DNA from: Alphaproteobacteria bacterium
Lineage (GTDB): Bacteria; Pseudomonadota; Alphaproteobacteria; MPNO01
Reading direction: 5' to 3'
DNA: 64,000 nt
Assembly: GCA_964291675.2 (NCBI GenBank)
Contig: OZ219866.1
Span: 1,536,001 to 1,600,000 of the forward strand
In this document: positions 10,840 to 20,977 of the stretch, in pieces
Position numbering within the stretch: the stretch's first letter is position 1
Layout: each line of letters opens with the position of its first letter
The notes under the pieces: generated by a model
The model's database searches: none
The model's input: the letters and a program-made list of their open reading frames with translations, nothing else
What the model was told of the DNA's origin: nothing
Program-made: the position numbers and the translations under genes

Positions 10840-11514
10840 CTACCCCACATGCTCGGCGAACAGCGCGAGGGCGCGGTCGTGGCAGCGCTGCTCGGCGCCC
10901 CGGTTGTAGACGTCGCGGTCGTCGCAGCAGAAGCCATGCGCGGAATCGTCGTAGACGAAGCTGGGGACGTCGGGGTGGGCGTCGCGGATCGCCTGGACGT
11001 CGCCCATCGGGATCGCGTGGTCCTTGTCGCCGAAATGCAGCTGCATCGGCATGCGCGGCGTGTCGTTCGCCGCCCGCGCGGCGACGCCGCCGCCATAGCA
11101 GCTCACCGAGCAGGCGAGGCTGTCGAGATTGCAGCCGCTGATCCAGGCGACATAGCCGCCGAAGCAATAGCCGATCAGCCCCACCTTGCCCGCATCCGAG
11201 ACCGCCTTCGCCGCCGCGTCCACGTCGGCCAGGATCCAATCGTCGGAGAGCCCGCCGCGCAACCCCCGGCCCTTGGCGAAGGACTCCTCGTCATAGCCGA
11301 GCTCGACGCCCTTCTCCGAGCGGTCGAACAGGGCGGGCGCGATCGCCGCATAGCCCTTCCCGGCGAACATGTCGACGAGGTGCCGGACATGGCTGTTGAC
11401 GCCGAAAATCTCCTGGATCACCACGACGCCGCCCTTGGCGGCTCCCGACGGGTCGGTCCTGTAGGCGTCCAGCGCGTGGCCGTCGCCGGCGGTAAGCGTA
11501 ACGGTCTGTCCCAT
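10840..11514 (-). CDS. Dienelactone hydrolase family protein
   Basis: QEIFGVN, GYCFGG nucleophile, HGF. Confidence 0.93.
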   Translation of the reverse strand: MGQTVTLTAGDGHALDAYRTDPSGAAKGGVVVIQEIFGVNSHVRHLVDMFAGKGYAAIAPALFDRSEKGVELGYDEESFAKGRGLRGGLSDDWILADVDAAAKAVSDAGKVGLIGYCFGGYVAWISGCNLDSLACSVSCYGGGVAARAANDTPRMPMQLHFGDKDHAIPMGDVQAIRDAHPDVPSFVYDDSAHGFCCDDRDVYNRGAEQRCHDRALALFAEHVG

Positions 11515-11582
11515 GTCCCCGATCTCCCCTGGATGGAATGGATGGCGGCCCGGAACGGGCCCGAGATGGCCGAATTCTAGCG

Positions 11583-12680
11583 TCAAACGTTGAACCGAAA
11601 AAGGATCACATCCCCGTCGCGGACGATGTAGTCGCGCCCTTCGCGGCGCATCTTCGCGGCTTCCCTGGCGGCGACCTCTCCGCCGCATGCCACGAAGTCG
11701 TCGAACGCGACGGTCTCGGCGGCGATGAAGCCGCGCGCGAAATCCGAGTGGATCCTGCCCGCCGCGTCCTGGGCGCGGGTGCCGCGCTCGACCGTCCAGG
11801 CGCGGGTCTCGACCGGGCCCGTGGTGAAAAACGTGATCAGCCCGAGCAGGTCGTACCCGGCGCGCACGACACGGCCGAGCCCGGCCTCTTCCAGCCCCAG
11901 CGTCTCGAGAAATCCGCGCCGCTCGTCGTCGTCTTCGAGCTGGGCGATCTCGGCCTCGATGGCGGCCGAGACGACCACCGACGGCGCCCCCCTCTCCGCC
12001 GCCCAGCGGGCGATTTCCGCCGCGTGCGCATCGCCTTCGGCCGCGGCGTCCTCGTCGACGTTGCAGACATAGAGCACCGGCTTGGCGGTAAGCAGCTGCA
12101 ATTGGCGGAACGGGGTTTCCTCGTCCGCGCCGATCTCCATGTCGAGCGCCGGCCGGCCGTCCTCCAGCAGGGCGATCGCGCGGATCGCCACGTCGCGCAG
12201 CGCCGTCGCCTCCCTGTCGCCGCCCCGCGCCTTCTTGGCCAGCGGATCGAGGCGCCGCGTCAGGCTGTCGAGGTCGGCCAGCAACAGCTCGGTCTCGACG
12301 ATTTCCGCATCCGCGAGCGGATCGACCGAGCCCGCCCGGTCGACATCCCGGCCCTCGAAACAGCGGAGCACGTGGGCGATGGCGTCGACCTCGCGGATAT
12401 GGGCGAGAAACTGGTTGCCGAGCCCCTCCCCCCGGCTCGCCCCGCGGACCAGGCCGGCGATGTCGACGAAGTCGAGCTGGGCAGGGGTGATCTTCGGAGA
12501 CTTGGCCAGCGCGGCGATCCGGGCGAGGCGGTCGTCCGGCACCGCGATGCGGCCGAGATTGGGCTCGACGGTGGAGAACGCGTAGTTCGCCGACACCGCG
12601 GCGCGCGACTGGACGAGGGCGTTGAACAGGCACGATTTCCCGACATTGGGAAGCCCGACGATGCCGCAGCGGAAGCCCAT
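11583..12680 (-). CDS. ychF: Redox-regulated ATPase YchF
   Basis: GIVGLPNVGKS, DIAGLVRGAS.GEGLGNQFL, C-terminal DGDVILFRFNV. Confidence 0.97.
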   Translation of the reverse strand: MGFRCGIVGLPNVGKSCLFNALVQSRAAVSANYAFSTVEPNLGRIAVPDDRLARIAALAKSPKITPAQLDFVDIAGLVRGASRGEGLGNQFLAHIREVDAIAHVLRCFEGRDVDRAGSVDPLADAEIVETELLLADLDSLTRRLDPLAKKARGGDREATALRDVAIRAIALLEDGRPALDMEIGADEETPFRQLQLLTAKPVLYVCNVDEDAAAEGDAHAAEIARWAAERGAPSVVVSAAIEAEIAQLEDDDERRGFLETLGLEEAGLGRVVRAGYDLLGLITFFTTGPVETRAWTVERGTRAQDAAGRIHSDFARGFIAAETVAFDDFVACGGEVAAREAAKMRREGRDYIVRDGDVILFRFNV

Positions 12681-13297
12681 CAGCGCTCGGCCCCGGCATC
12701 TCCCGCCGCCGCCTTCCTGGCCGGCCTGGGCCGGGGGCAGAGCAGCGCCACCCTGGTCATGAAGCCGGGATCGTCGCCGGCGACGGCGAGCGGCAGCGCC
12801 TCGGCGATGGCCTCGGCGAGCTTGGCGAATAGCGGGCGTTCCTCGGCGGCGAAATCGCCCAGCACGTGGCGCTGCACGCGGTGCTTGTCGCCGGGATGGC
12901 CGATGCCGACGCGGATCCGCCGGTAATCCGGCCCGATCTGGGTATGCAGGCTCCGGAGCCCGTTATGCCCGGCATGGCCGCCGCCCTGTCTGATCAGCAC
13001 CTTGCCCGGGGCGAGGTCGAGCTCGTCATGGACGACCAGGGCGTCGCGGGCGCGCAGCTTGTAGAAGTTGAGCGCCGCGCGCACCGCCCGGCCCGACTCG
13101 TTCATGTAGGTCTCGGGCTTGAGCAGCAGCACCCGCGCGCCGCCGATCTCGCCGCTCTGTGCCCGGCCCTGGAAGCGGCGCCTCGGTGCCGAGAAGCCGT
13201 AGCGCGCGGCGATGGTGTCGGCCACGACATAGCCGATATTGTGCCGCTGGCGCGCGTATTTGGGCCCGGGATTGCCGAGCCCGACGACGATCAACAT
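12680..13297 (-). CDS. pth: Peptidyl-tRNA hydrolase
   Basis: GLGNPG, RHNIG, KPETYMNESG, GHNGLRS. Confidence 0.97.
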   Translation of the reverse strand: MLIVVGLGNPGPKYARQRHNIGYVVADTIAARYGFSAPRRRFQGRAQSGEIGGARVLLLKPETYMNESGRAVRAALNFYKLRARDALVVHDELDLAPGKVLIRQGGGHAGHNGLRSLHTQIGPDYRRIRVGIGHPGDKHRVQRHVLGDFAAEERPLFAKLAEAIAEALPLAVAGDDPGFMTRVALLCPRPRPARKAAAGDAGAER

Positions 13298-13321
13298 GGG
13301 TTGCCGGGTCGCGGGGGACCG

Positions 13322-14017
13322 CTACTCCCCGTCGCCGGACGAGGCGCCGTCGCCGGAATCCTCGGCTGCGGCCTCGCCTTCGGTCTCGGCCCCCTCTTCG
13401 CCCTCGCCCTCTTCGCCCTCGACCTCTTCCTCTTCCTCGTCGGCGGCCATCACGGTCGGCGCCGCGATGGTGGCGACGGTAAAGTCCCGGTCGGTGATCG
13501 TGAAGGCCACCCCCTCGGGCAGCGAAATCGCGCTGGCGTGGATCGCATCGCCGATGTCGAGCCCGGTGACATCGATCTCGAACTCGTTGGGGATGTTATC
13601 GGCGGTGCACTGCACCTCGACCTCGTGGCGCACCACGTTGAGCACCCCGCCGCGCTTGAGCCCGGGCGATTCGTCTTCGTTGAGGAACCGCACCGGGACC
13701 GCGACGTCGAGCTTGCGGCTGGCGGAGAAGCGCAGGAAATCGACGTGCAGCGGGGCGTCGCTGACCGGGTGGAACTGCACCTCGCGCGGCAGCACGCGGT
13801 GCTTCTCGCCGTCTACCTCGATGTCGACCAGGCGGATGAAGAAACCCGGCTGGCCGAGCTCGCGGTCGACGACCGGCCGCTCCAGGCTGATCATCACCGG
13901 CTCTAGCTTGTTGCCGTAGATCATGCCCGGAACCCGCCCGTTCCGCCGCGCGGCGCGCGCCGCGCCTTTCCCGGTATCCTCCCGGGGCGCCGCTGCAATG
14001 GTGCTCACCTCGGCCAT
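13322..14017 (-). CDS. rplY: 50S ribosomal protein L25/Ctc
   Basis: GRVPGMIYG, QFHPV..PLHVDF, acidic tail; pth-prs context. Confidence 0.95.
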   Translation of the reverse strand: MAEVSTIAAAPREDTGKGAARAARRNGRVPGMIYGNKLEPVMISLERPVVDRELGQPGFFIRLVDIEVDGEKHRVLPREVQFHPVSDAPLHVDFLRFSASRKLDVAVPVRFLNEDESPGLKRGGVLNVVRHEVEVQCTADNIPNEFEIDVTGLDIGDAIHASAISLPEGVAFTITDRDFTVATIAAPTVMAADEEEEEVEGEEGEGEEGAETEGEAAAEDSGDGASSGDGE

Positions 14018-14130
14018 GACCAGATGCCTCTCGTCTCGGGGCCCGCGCGCCCTGCCCGCAAGTGCCGGCGGCGCCCGCCTCGGGTCCCGGTTGTCCCTTG
14101 GAGCGCGGCCTTTTATCGCCTCGCCGGGGA

Positions 14131-15063
14131 TTAGTCAAACAGGCTCGAAACCGACCTTTCCTCGGCGATCCTGAGGATCGCCTCGCCCATCAGCGGAGCG
14201 ATCGAGATCTGCCCGACGGTGTCCGAGACCCTGACGGCCTCGGTGGTGAGGATGCTGTCGGTGGTGATCAGCCGCGACAGCGACGACGTCGATGCCCGCG
14301 CCACCGCGCCGCCCGACAGCACGCCGTGGGTGACGTAGGCGGCGACCGAATCCGCGCCGTGCTCGACCAGGGCCTCGGCCGCGTTGCACAGCGTGCCCGC
14401 GGAATCGACGATATCGTCGATCAGCACGCAGGTCCGCCCTTCCACGTCGCCGATCACGTTCATCACCTCGGACACCCCCGCCCGCTCGCGGCGCTTGTCG
14501 ATGATCGCAAGATCGGTGTCGAGCCGCCGCGCGACCGCGCGGGCGCGGATCACGCCGCCCATGTCGGGCGAGATGATGGTGAGCTTGTCGCGGTCGATGT
14601 TCTCCTCGATGTCGCGGACGAAGACCGGCGAGGCGAACAGATTGTCCAGCGGGATGTCGAAGAATCCCTGGATCTGGCCGGCGTGGAGGTCGAGGGTGAG
14701 CACCCGGTCGGCGCCGGCGCTGGTGATGAGATTGGCGACCAGCTTGGCCGAGATCGGCGTTCGCGGCCCCGATTTCCGGTCCTGCCGGGCATAGCCGAAA
14801 TAGGGGACGACCGCGGTGACGCGGCGCGCCGAGCCGCGCTTCAGCGCGTCCAGCATCACCAGCAGCTCCATCAGATTGTCGTTCGCCGGGTAGGACGTCG
14901 ACTGGACCACGAACACGTCCTCGCCGCGGACGTTCTCGTGGATCTCGACGAAGCACTCCATGTCGGAGAAGCGCCGGATGCTGGCATTGGTCAAGGGGAG
15001 CTGCAGACAGGCCGAGATGGCTTCGGCCAGCGGACGGTTGCTGTTGCCGGCGAGGATCTTCAT
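14131..15063 (-). CDS. prs: Ribose-phosphate pyrophosphokinase
   Basis: [30 protein letters not shown]. Confidence 0.98.
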   Translation of the reverse strand: MKILAGNSNRPLAEAISACLQLPLTNASIRRFSDMECFVEIHENVRGEDVFVVQSTSYPANDNLMELLVMLDALKRGSARRVTAVVPYFGYARQDRKSGPRTPISAKLVANLITSAGADRVLTLDLHAGQIQGFFDIPLDNLFASPVFVRDIEENIDRDKLTIISPDMGGVIRARAVARRLDTDLAIIDKRRERAGVSEVMNVIGDVEGRTCVLIDDIVDSAGTLCNAAEALVEHGADSVAAYVTHGVLSGGAVARASTSSLSRLITTDSILTTEAVRVSDTVGQISIAPLMGEAILRIAEERSVSSLFD

Positions 15064-15087
15064 CGCGTCACTCGGGAAGTTGCCGGC

Positions 15088-15705
15088 CTATGGGCGCTTG
15101 AGCGCAGGGTCGTGCAGCGTCGTGTCCTGTCCGGGCGGCGGGTTTGCCACCGCCTCCTCCAGCGACTGGGCCTCGCGCCACTCGTCGGGCGGGCGGATAT
15201 GGCCGGGATTGCCGATCTGGTCGAGCCCCCAGTAGATCTCCAGCCTGTGGTTGTCGGGGTCGCGGAACTCGACCGCGATCTGGCAGCCGGCGCGGCGGCG
15301 GCCGTGGAAGTCGATCCGGACGCCGTGCCGCTCCAGGTGGTCGCGCGCCCTGAGCACCTCGTCCAGCGTCGCCACCTCGAAGGCCATGTGGTCGAGCTCC
15401 GAGTTGTCCGCGTCTTGCTCGCGCCCGCCGACCAGCGCCACCCCGTGGTGGTCGGCGTTGCAGCGCATGAACACCATGCCGCCGGGCATCATGCTCTCGG
15501 GATAGACGTCCGACACCCTGAAGCCGAGCACGTCGGTGTAGAAGGCCGTGGACCGCGCGATATCGCGCACCTTGAGCACGACATGGCCGATCTTGCGGAC
15601 CGCGAAGGGGAGCCCAGCCGGCGTCTCCCGCCGGGCGAGCGCCTGTACGTCCTCGCGCCCGAGCCCCTCCACGTCGACGATCCCGCGCCCGCGTTCGAGT
15701 GCCAT
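15088..15705 (-). CDS. VOC/glyoxalase (extradiol dioxygenase-like) protein
   Basis: KIGHVVL, FYTDVLG, DHMAFEV, DPDNHRLE. Confidence 0.85.
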   Translation of the reverse strand: MALERGRGIVDVEGLGREDVQALARRETPAGLPFAVRKIGHVVLKVRDIARSTAFYTDVLGFRVSDVYPESMMPGGMVFMRCNADHHGVALVGGREQDADNSELDHMAFEVATLDEVLRARDHLERHGVRIDFHGRRRAGCQIAVEFRDPDNHRLEIYWGLDQIGNPGHIRPPDEWREAQSLEEAVANPPPGQDTTLHDPALKRP

Positions 15706-15807
15706 CACGCCCCTCCCGGCGATGGATTTGGCGCCAATATACAGCCCGCCCGAACCGCGGCAAGCGGCCTCCGCCGTGTCGGCGATTCCAAACGACGCCG
15801 ACACGTT

Positions 15808-16130
15808 CTACGCCGCCATGGTGGGATCGAGGATCGCTTTGCCGAGGACCGAATCCGACTCTTCCAGACGGCGGTGCTGCGCCGCCGCGGCCGCGAGCGC
15901 GTCGTCGACATTGCGCCGCGTCAGCCCGGCGCCAGGATAGCGCGCACCCGTTCGCGCAGATCCTCCCCGCGGTTGTTGCCGTCGCGCCGCACCGGCAGGT
16001 CGAAGCTGCGGTCGATGGGGACCGCCTCGACCGCCAGCACAACCTCGTCCCGCCCCGGGCTGGGCGCGGGCACCTCGGCGCGGCTGAGCACATCCGGCTC
16101 GCCGAACCTCTCCATGACTGCCGCGCGCAT
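15808..16130 (-). pseudogene. Internally deleted zinc-ADH/quinone oxidoreductase remnant
   Basis: N-terminus MRAAVMERFGEPDVL..EVPAP and, in another frame, a C-terminus-like QHRRLEE..LGKAILDP; most of the middle is absent. Confidence 0.55.
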
Positions 16131-16180
16131 GGCCGGGGATGCCATTCGTTACGCCGCCAAGCCCGATGGGATCCGCGTCT

Positions 16181-16993
16181 TCACTCGGGCCTCTGAACCG
16201 GACCGCCATCGCTGCGGTGACGGCGCAACCCCGCACCGTAGGCACACAGCAGGTTCTCGTAATCCGTCGCCGACGGCAGGACCCTTGCGCCTTCCATGAG
16301 AGGAAACGTCATGACGGTGTCCTTCTCACGGTCCAGGTGCCCGAGCCCCAGCACGTGTCCCAGCTCATGAGCCATGACACTCAACGCATCCATTTCTCTC
16401 CTGCCCGGCAGAGCTTCGCCATAATTCACGCGTGGTCTCTTGTGCATGTATACCTCGATGTCGGCGTCGGTGATCGGGCTGCGGGTATCGTGGCTGCCTG
16501 GCGGCGAGGCAGTCGGCGGCCCGGAACGCCAGGAGATCGTGGTGACCGCCATCCGCCTTGCCGGCGCGCCCTCCGACAGGACGATGGCATTCACGCCGTC
16601 GTCCGCGGCCTCCAACCTGCTTTGGGAAGACCGCCATTCGAACAATTGCAGGGAAACCACGCCGAAGTCCGGTCTGCCTGTGCCGAACGGGTCTCCCTCG
16701 TACTCGGCCATGAGATACGCCGCCCAGCCGCGATTCCACCGCTGCATCGCTTCGACTGCGACGTCGATTATGGCGGGTGGCAGATCGGACGACAGGTGCA
16801 TGACGACCGGGAAGCTCTCGACCGGTTGCGTCACCGCGTTGCCGGACTCCACGCGGAAGGTGCAAAGCCGGTCTGCCTCGCCCAAGGGGGTGCCGTGCCG
16901 CACCTCCGCTCCCGGATCGCCGGCGAGAGCAACCGGAAGAACCACCGAAAGACAGCACAACCAGGAAAGACCGAGGATCCGAATCGTCGATAC
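16181..16993 (-). CDS. Secreted matrixin-like (metzincin) metalloprotease; start uncertain
   Basis: HELGHVLGLGH plus downstream Met-turn (TVMT); signal-peptide-like N-terminus. Confidence 0.75.
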   Translation of the reverse strand, partial: VSTIRILGLSWLCCLSVVLPVALAGDPGAEVRHGTPLGEADRLCTFRVESGNAVTQPVESFPVVMHLSSDLPPAIIDVAVEAMQRWNRGWAAYLMAEYEGDPFGTGRPDFGVVSLQLFEWRSSQSRLEAADDGVNAIVLSEGAPARRMAVTTISWRSGPPTASPPGSHDTRSPITDADIEVYMHKRPRVNYGEALPGRREMDALSVMAHELGHVLGLGHLDREKDTVMTFPLMEGARVLPSATDYENLLCAYGAGLRRHRSDGGPVQRPE

Positions 16994-17043
16994 ACCCGCG
17001 CCGGTGGCCGGGATTGCCTTGTCGAGGGGACGAATGGGCGAGT

Positions 17044-17331
17044 CTACCGCAACAGCTCCTGAACCACCGAAGGCCTCTTGGCGATCAGCGCGAGCAGCAC
17101 CTGCGCCGGTCCGGTCGGCCGCCGCCGCCCATGCTCCCAGTTGAGCAGCGTCCCCCTCGCCACCCCGATGCTGCGGGCGAACTCGCCTTGCGACAGGCCG
17201 GTCTGCCGGCGGATCTGTGCCACGTCGATATCCGGCAACTCGATTTCGTGCACCGTGGCGCCGCCGGTCTTGCCGTGGGCGAAGGCGAGCGCCTCCTCCA
17301 GGCCCTTCTTCACGCTCCCGTATGCGGTCAT
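17044..17331 (-). CDS. Xre-HTH antitoxin (HigA-2-like)
   Basis: IRRQTGLSQGEFA..IGV...TLLNWEHGRR; overlaps the toxin stop. Confidence 0.85.
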   Translation of the reverse strand: MTAYGSVKKGLEEALAFAHGKTGGATVHEIELPDIDVAQIRRQTGLSQGEFARSIGVARGTLLNWEHGRRRPTGPAQVLLALIAKRPSVVQELLR

Positions 17332-17669
17332 GGCTCGGCTCCATATGTCGCGAGGATGCGCTTGCTCAGCGCCACGGCAGCCGCCTGTTCGCTCCGTGAC
17401 AGGTTCGCCCTCTCATTCTTGGCGAAGACCGTCACCAGAAAGATCGGCATGTGCGATCCGCCGAATACGTAAATCACCCGGAACCCGCCGCTCTTCCCAC
17501 CGTCCTGGCGCGATATTCGGACCTTTCTCAGACCGCCGCCCAGCGACACGCCTATCTGCGGATTCGCCGCGATGAAGGCGATCGCCGCTTCCCGCTCGCG
17601 GTCCGACATCGTCGCTTTGGCGCGGCGCTGAAACTCCGGCAGCTCTACTACTGTCTGCAGCCGCGTCAT
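17328..17669 (-). CDS. RelE/HigB-2-like toxin
   Basis: GGLRKVR, GKSGGFRVIY, FAKNER; toxin-first order. Confidence 0.85.
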   Translation of the reverse strand: MTRLQTVVELPEFQRRAKATMSDREREAAIAFIAANPQIGVSLGGGLRKVRISRQDGGKSGGFRVIYVFGGSHMPIFLVTVFAKNERANLSRSEQAAAVALSKRILATYGAEP

Positions 17670-17685
17670 TCACCGGCTACATATA

Positions 17686-17726
17686 CGCCGATGGCGCATA
17701 TGTCAATGGCATATGCGCCATCGGCG
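17686..17726 (-). promoter_or_regulatory. TA operator: perfect 17-bp inverted repeat over a TTGACA -35
   Basis: CGCCGATGGCGCATATG-N7-CATATGCGCCATCGGCG; TTGACA on the minus strand at 17706-17701. Confidence 0.75.
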
Positions 17727-17781
17727 GGCTTCCCCGATCCGCTCTGGTCGACATCGCCGACGGGTCGAGCTCCGGCAAGCG

Positions 17782-18966
17782 CTATCCCAGCGCCGCTTCC
17801 CAGCCCGTCCCTTCGAGGATGTCGCGCAGCCGGGCGAGGAAGCCGGCGGAGTAGGCGCCGTCTATCGCGCGGTGGTCGAAGGATTGCGCGAGCACGCCGA
17901 GCGGGCGGATGGCGATCGCCTCGCCGCCTTCGGTCGCCACTACGGCGGGCTTACGCCGCACCCCGTCGGTCGACAGGATCGCGACCTGCGGCTGGTTGAT
18001 GATCGGCGCGGTGATCAGCGTGCCGAAGGTGCCGGAGTTGGAGATCGTGTAGGTGCCGCCGGCGAGGTCGTCGGGTCCGATCTTGCCGTCGCGGGCGGCG
18101 GCGGCGGCGGCGCGGATGGCGCGCGCGAGCCCCGGCACGTCCATCGCTTGCGCGTCGCGGATCACCGGCGCCATCAGCCCGCCCGGGCCGAGATCGACCG
18201 CGATGCCGAGATGGACCCGGCGGTGGATGCGCAAATTCCCGCCCTCGATGCTGGCGTTGACGTGCGGGAAGTCGGGGATCGCCCGGCACGCGGCGAAGGC
18301 GACGAAGGGGAGGTAGCTGAGCGAGAAACCCTCCTTCGCCCGCCACGCCTCGCCGTGCCGGTCGCGCGCCCGCTCGACGGCGCAAAAATCGACCTCGACG
18401 GCCTGCAGCACGTGGGGGCTGGTCGCCTTGGACCGCACCATGTGCTCGCCGATCTGCCTGCGCATCCGGCTGAGCGGGACGAGGTCGGGGGCGGCCGGCG
18501 CGCTGTCGACCAGCGCCTCGACGTCCTGGCGGGTGATCCGCCCGTCCCTTCCGGTGCCCGCGATTTCCGCAACGTCCAGCCCGTGCTCGGCGATCAGCCG
18601 GCGCACCGCGGGAGAGAGCGGATTGCCCCTGGCATCGCGCCGCGGCACCGCGCCGAGCGAGATCGCGCCCCGCGCCTGCGACGGCTCGCCTGCCGGCGCG
18701 GCGGGCGCCGGGGCGTCGGGAGCCGCGTCGGCCGCGGCGCCGGCGATCACCGCGAGCCTGGCGCCGACCGGGACCGTGCTCCCGGCCGCGACCAGGATCT
18801 CGGACAGCACGCCGTCGGCGGGCGCCGGCACCTCGGTGTCGACCTTGTCGGTCGAGACCTCGAACAGAGTCTCGTTCGCCCTGACCGGATCGCCCGCCGC
18901 CTTGTGCCAGGCGACCACCGTCCCCTCGGTCACGGTCTCGCCGAGCTGGGGCATGACGACGTCCAT
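17782..18966 (-). CDS. Dihydrolipoamide acyltransferase E2
   Basis: Lipoyl TDKV, E3-binding SPAVRRL, DHRAIDG. Confidence 0.93.
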   Translation of the reverse strand: MDVVMPQLGETVTEGTVVAWHKAAGDPVRANETLFEVSTDKVDTEVPAPADGVLSEILVAAGSTVPVGARLAVIAGAAADAAPDAPAPAAPAGEPSQARGAISLGAVPRRDARGNPLSPAVRRLIAEHGLDVAEIAGTGRDGRITRQDVEALVDSAPAAPDLVPLSRMRRQIGEHMVRSKATSPHVLQAVEVDFCAVERARDRHGEAWRAKEGFSLSYLPFVAFAACRAIPDFPHVNASIEGGNLRIHRRVHLGIAVDLGPGGLMAPVIRDAQAMDVPGLARAIRAAAAAARDGKIGPDDLAGGTYTISNSGTFGTLITAPIINQPQVAILSTDGVRRKPAVVATEGGEAIAIRPLGVLAQSFDHRAIDGAYSAGFLARLRDILEGTGWEAALG

Positions 18967-18973
18967 CGCGGGC

Positions 18974-19948
18974 TCAGCCCATGCTGGCGCGGATCGTGTC
19001 CGCGATCCGCTCGACCGAGGGCAGCGCCAGGTCTTCCAGGTTGTCGGCCGACGGCAGCGGGATGTGCGGCGTGGTGATGCGGACGATCGGGCCGTCGAGG
19101 TCGTAGAAGCACTCCTCGCCGGCGATCGAGGCGATCTCCGCCCCCCAGCCGCAGAGCCTCGGGTTCTCCTCCACGGTGAACAGCCGGCCGGTCTCCGAGA
19201 CCGCGGAGAGGATGGTCCGCGTGTCGAGCGGCACCAGCGAGCGCACGTCGATCACCGTGCAGGAGATGCCGTCCCCGGCGAGGCGCTCGGCCGCCTCGAC
19301 GGCGCGCGGCACCATCGCGGCGAGCGCGACGATGGTGGCATCGCCCCCCTCGCGCAGCACGCTTGCGGTGCCGAGCGCATCCACGTGCTCGCCGTCCGGC
19401 ACCGGACCCCTGATGCCGTAGAGCGATTTCTGCTCGAAGAAGATCACCGGGTCGGGATCGCGGATCGAGGCCGCCAGCAATCCCACGATGTCGGCCGGGT
19501 TGGAGGGCGCGACCACCTTGAGGCCGGGGATCATCATCGCCCAGTTCTCGATCGCCTGGGAGTGCTGGGCGCCGAACCGGGCGCCGCCGCCATTGGCGCT
19601 GCGGATCACCAGCGGGAAGGAGACCTGGCCGTTGGTCATGTAGCGCGACTTGGCGATCTCGTTGGCGACCAGATCCCAGCAGACGGCGAAGAAGTCGGAG
19701 AACATCAGCTCGGCGATCGGCCTCAGCCCGGTCATCGCAGCACCCATCGCGGCGCCGACGATCGCCTGCTCGGAGATCGGCGTGTCGCGCACCCGGTCCG
19801 GGCCGAACTCCTCGAACAGCCCGACCGTGGTCTTGAACACGCCGCCCGCCGCGCCGATGTCCTCGCCGAGGAACACCACCGAGGGGTCGCGCCGCATCTC
19901 CTGGGCGATCGCCGCGGCGACCGCCTCGCGGCAGGTCAGTTCCGCCAT
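18974..19948 (-). CDS. 2-oxoacid/acetoin dehydrogenase E1 beta
   Basis: GEDI, DTPISE, GAQHSQ, DPDPVIFFE. Confidence 0.93.
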   Translation of the reverse strand: MAELTCREAVAAAIAQEMRRDPSVVFLGEDIGAAGGVFKTTVGLFEEFGPDRVRDTPISEQAIVGAAMGAAMTGLRPIAELMFSDFFAVCWDLVANEIAKSRYMTNGQVSFPLVIRSANGGGARFGAQHSQAIENWAMMIPGLKVVAPSNPADIVGLLAASIRDPDPVIFFEQKSLYGIRGPVPDGEHVDALGTASVLREGGDATIVALAAMVPRAVEAAERLAGDGISCTVIDVRSLVPLDTRTILSAVSETGRLFTVEENPRLCGWGAEIASIAGEECFYDLDGPIVRITTPHIPLPSADNLEDLALPSVERIADTIRASMG

Positions 19949-20958
19949 GCCGCGCCTCCATCGGCGTAGACCTCGGTCTCCAGGATGTCGGGCGGCGGCG
20001 GCGGCGAGGCCTTGGCCGCATCCGTCGCCGCGTCGACCGCCGCCAGCACCTCGGCCTCGATCCCGTCCACCGCGGATTCCGCGAAGCCGAAATCGAGCAG
20101 CCGCCGGCGATAGGCCGGGACCGGGTCGCGGGCGAGCCACTCCTCGACCTCCTCGTCCGGCCGGTAGGCGCCCGGGTCGGCGCGCGAATGCCCGCACTGG
20201 CGATAGGTCTTGGCCTCGATCAGCGAAGGACCGCCGCCCGACCGCGCCTTGTCGTAGGCGGTCCGGGCGACGCGGAACACCGCATCGGCGTCGTTGCCGT
20301 CGACGATGATCGACTCCATGCCGTAGGCCGGCGCGCGGTCGGCCGCGGGATGCTCGACCGCGGTCACGTCGCCGATCGGCGTGTACTCCATGTACAGGTT
20401 GTTCTCGCAGACGAAGATCACCGGCAGCTTCCACACCTGGGCCATGTTGAGGGCCTCGTGGAAGGCGCCGATATTGGTGGTCCCGTCGCCGAAGAAGCAG
20501 ACCGAGACCTGGTCCGTGCCGCGATACTGCGCCGACCAGGCGGCGCCCATGGCGATCGGCAGATGGGCGCCGATGATGGCATAGGACCCCATCGCGCCGT
20601 GCTCGACGCTGGTCAGGTGCATCGAGCCGCCCTTGCCGGCGAGCAGCCCGCACTGGCGGCCCATCAGCTCGCCGAGGACCCCCGACATGGAGGCGCCGCG
20701 GGCCAGCGTATGGGCGTGGCCGCGATAGGTGCAGAAGGTGTAGTCGCCCTCCTCCATCGCCACCGCGAAGCCGGCCGCCACCGCCTCCTGGCCGAGCGAC
20801 AGATGCACCGTCCCCTTGACCAGGTTCTGCAGGAACAGATCGTGCGCGCGCTGCTCGACATGGCGGATCTCGAGCTGGGAGCGCCACAGCGCGAGCCGTG
20901 CCGCCTCGCCGATATCGTCATTGGCGAGATCGGGCCCGGCCGTCTCTTCGTTTGCCAA
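19936..20958 (-). CDS. 2-oxoacid/acetoin dehydrogenase E1 alpha
   Basis: GQEA, GKGGSMH, TPP motif GDG..ENN, GHSRAD. Confidence 0.93.
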   Translation of the reverse strand: MANEETAGPDLANDDIGEAARLALWRSQLEIRHVEQRAHDLFLQNLVKGTVHLSLGQEAVAAGFAVAMEEGDYTFCTYRGHAHTLARGASMSGVLGELMGRQCGLLAGKGGSMHLTSVEHGAMGSYAIIGAHLPIAMGAAWSAQYRGTDQVSVCFFGDGTTNIGAFHEALNMAQVWKLPVIFVCENNLYMEYTPIGDVTAVEHPAADRAPAYGMESIIVDGNDADAVFRVARTAYDKARSGGGPSLIEAKTYRQCGHSRADPGAYRPDEEVEEWLARDPVPAYRRRLLDFGFAESAVDGIEAEVLAAVDAATDAAKASPPPPPDILETEVYADGGAAWRN

Positions 20959-20977
20959 GTTCGCCTCCCCCTCGGTT

